From an uncultured bacterium (GTDB taxonomy: Bacteria; SAR324; NAC60-12): 45,992 bases of DNA. Below, in pieces: positions 45,917 to 45,992 of this stretch. Location: positions 1 through 45,992 of the forward strand of contig CBFIGY010000023.1 in the NCBI GenBank assembly GCA_965662235.1, in the 5' to 3' direction. Position 1 is the stretch's first letter, and every line of letters begins with the position of its first letter. The position numbers were made by a program, and so were the translations under genes. Under the pieces are notes generated by a model, which saw nothing but the letters and a program-made list of their open reading frames with translations, did not search any database and was not told the DNA's origin.

Positions 45917-45992
45917 CAGTTCATGGTCGGAAAGCTGAACACGGCGCCGTCCTTGATGCCCTGCGGCCAGCGGCTGGTGACCGCTTTCACAC
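45916..45992 (-). CDS. iolA: C-terminus of methylmalonate/malonate-semialdehyde dehydrogenase (partial)
   Basis: Reverse strand reads VKAVTSRWPQGIKDGAVFSFPTMN*, matching the MmsA/IolA C-terminal K.VT.RWP...F.FPT pattern. Its TGA overlaps the iolC ATG. Confidence 0.8.
   Translation of the reverse strand, partial: VKAVTSRWPQGIKDGAVFSFPTMN

Overview
GC-rich bacterial chromosomal segment (about 62% GC by eye) made up mostly of core and metabolic genes. The gene repertoire is compatible with a delta-proteobacterial/SAR324-like lineage, but that is inference only. I found no integrase, transposase, phage genes or CRISPR array. In order, the window holds: the 3' part of a zrgABCD-type (PA4063-4066-like) zinc operon starting with an (EGH)8 repeat; ppiD coupled to a DsbD-N-domain gene; a 57-aa small ORF missing from the ORF track; ppc; an EamA/MORN/FecR/hydrolase run; divergent znuA and zur-znuC-znuB-COG0523 GTPase with a Zur box; pckA; a minus-strand run rpsA > HelD-like > COG2187-like pseudokinase > RqcH/NFACT > HAD phosphatase; an orphan oligopeptide ABC ATPase and mtnA; hsp20 behind a perfect CIRCE; a GlnA4-like gamma-glutamyl ligase with an SDR and an atypical receiver; a putative Na+/H+ antiporter; a large MscS channel; tRNA-Sec (selC); a His/Asp-rich two-CxxCH lipoprotein; a LigE-like GST; a pentapeptide-repeat protein; and the iolA-C-B-D-E myo-inositol operon. 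The strongest unexplained signal is window-wide: the palindrome TCCGGA occurs about 100 times by hand tally, in all reading frames, resembling a HIP1-like highly iterated palindrome. Other candidates are the RNAP/ribosome-rescue cluster with degenerate motifs, the small ORF upstream of ppc, and the cytochrome lipoprotein locus beside selC.
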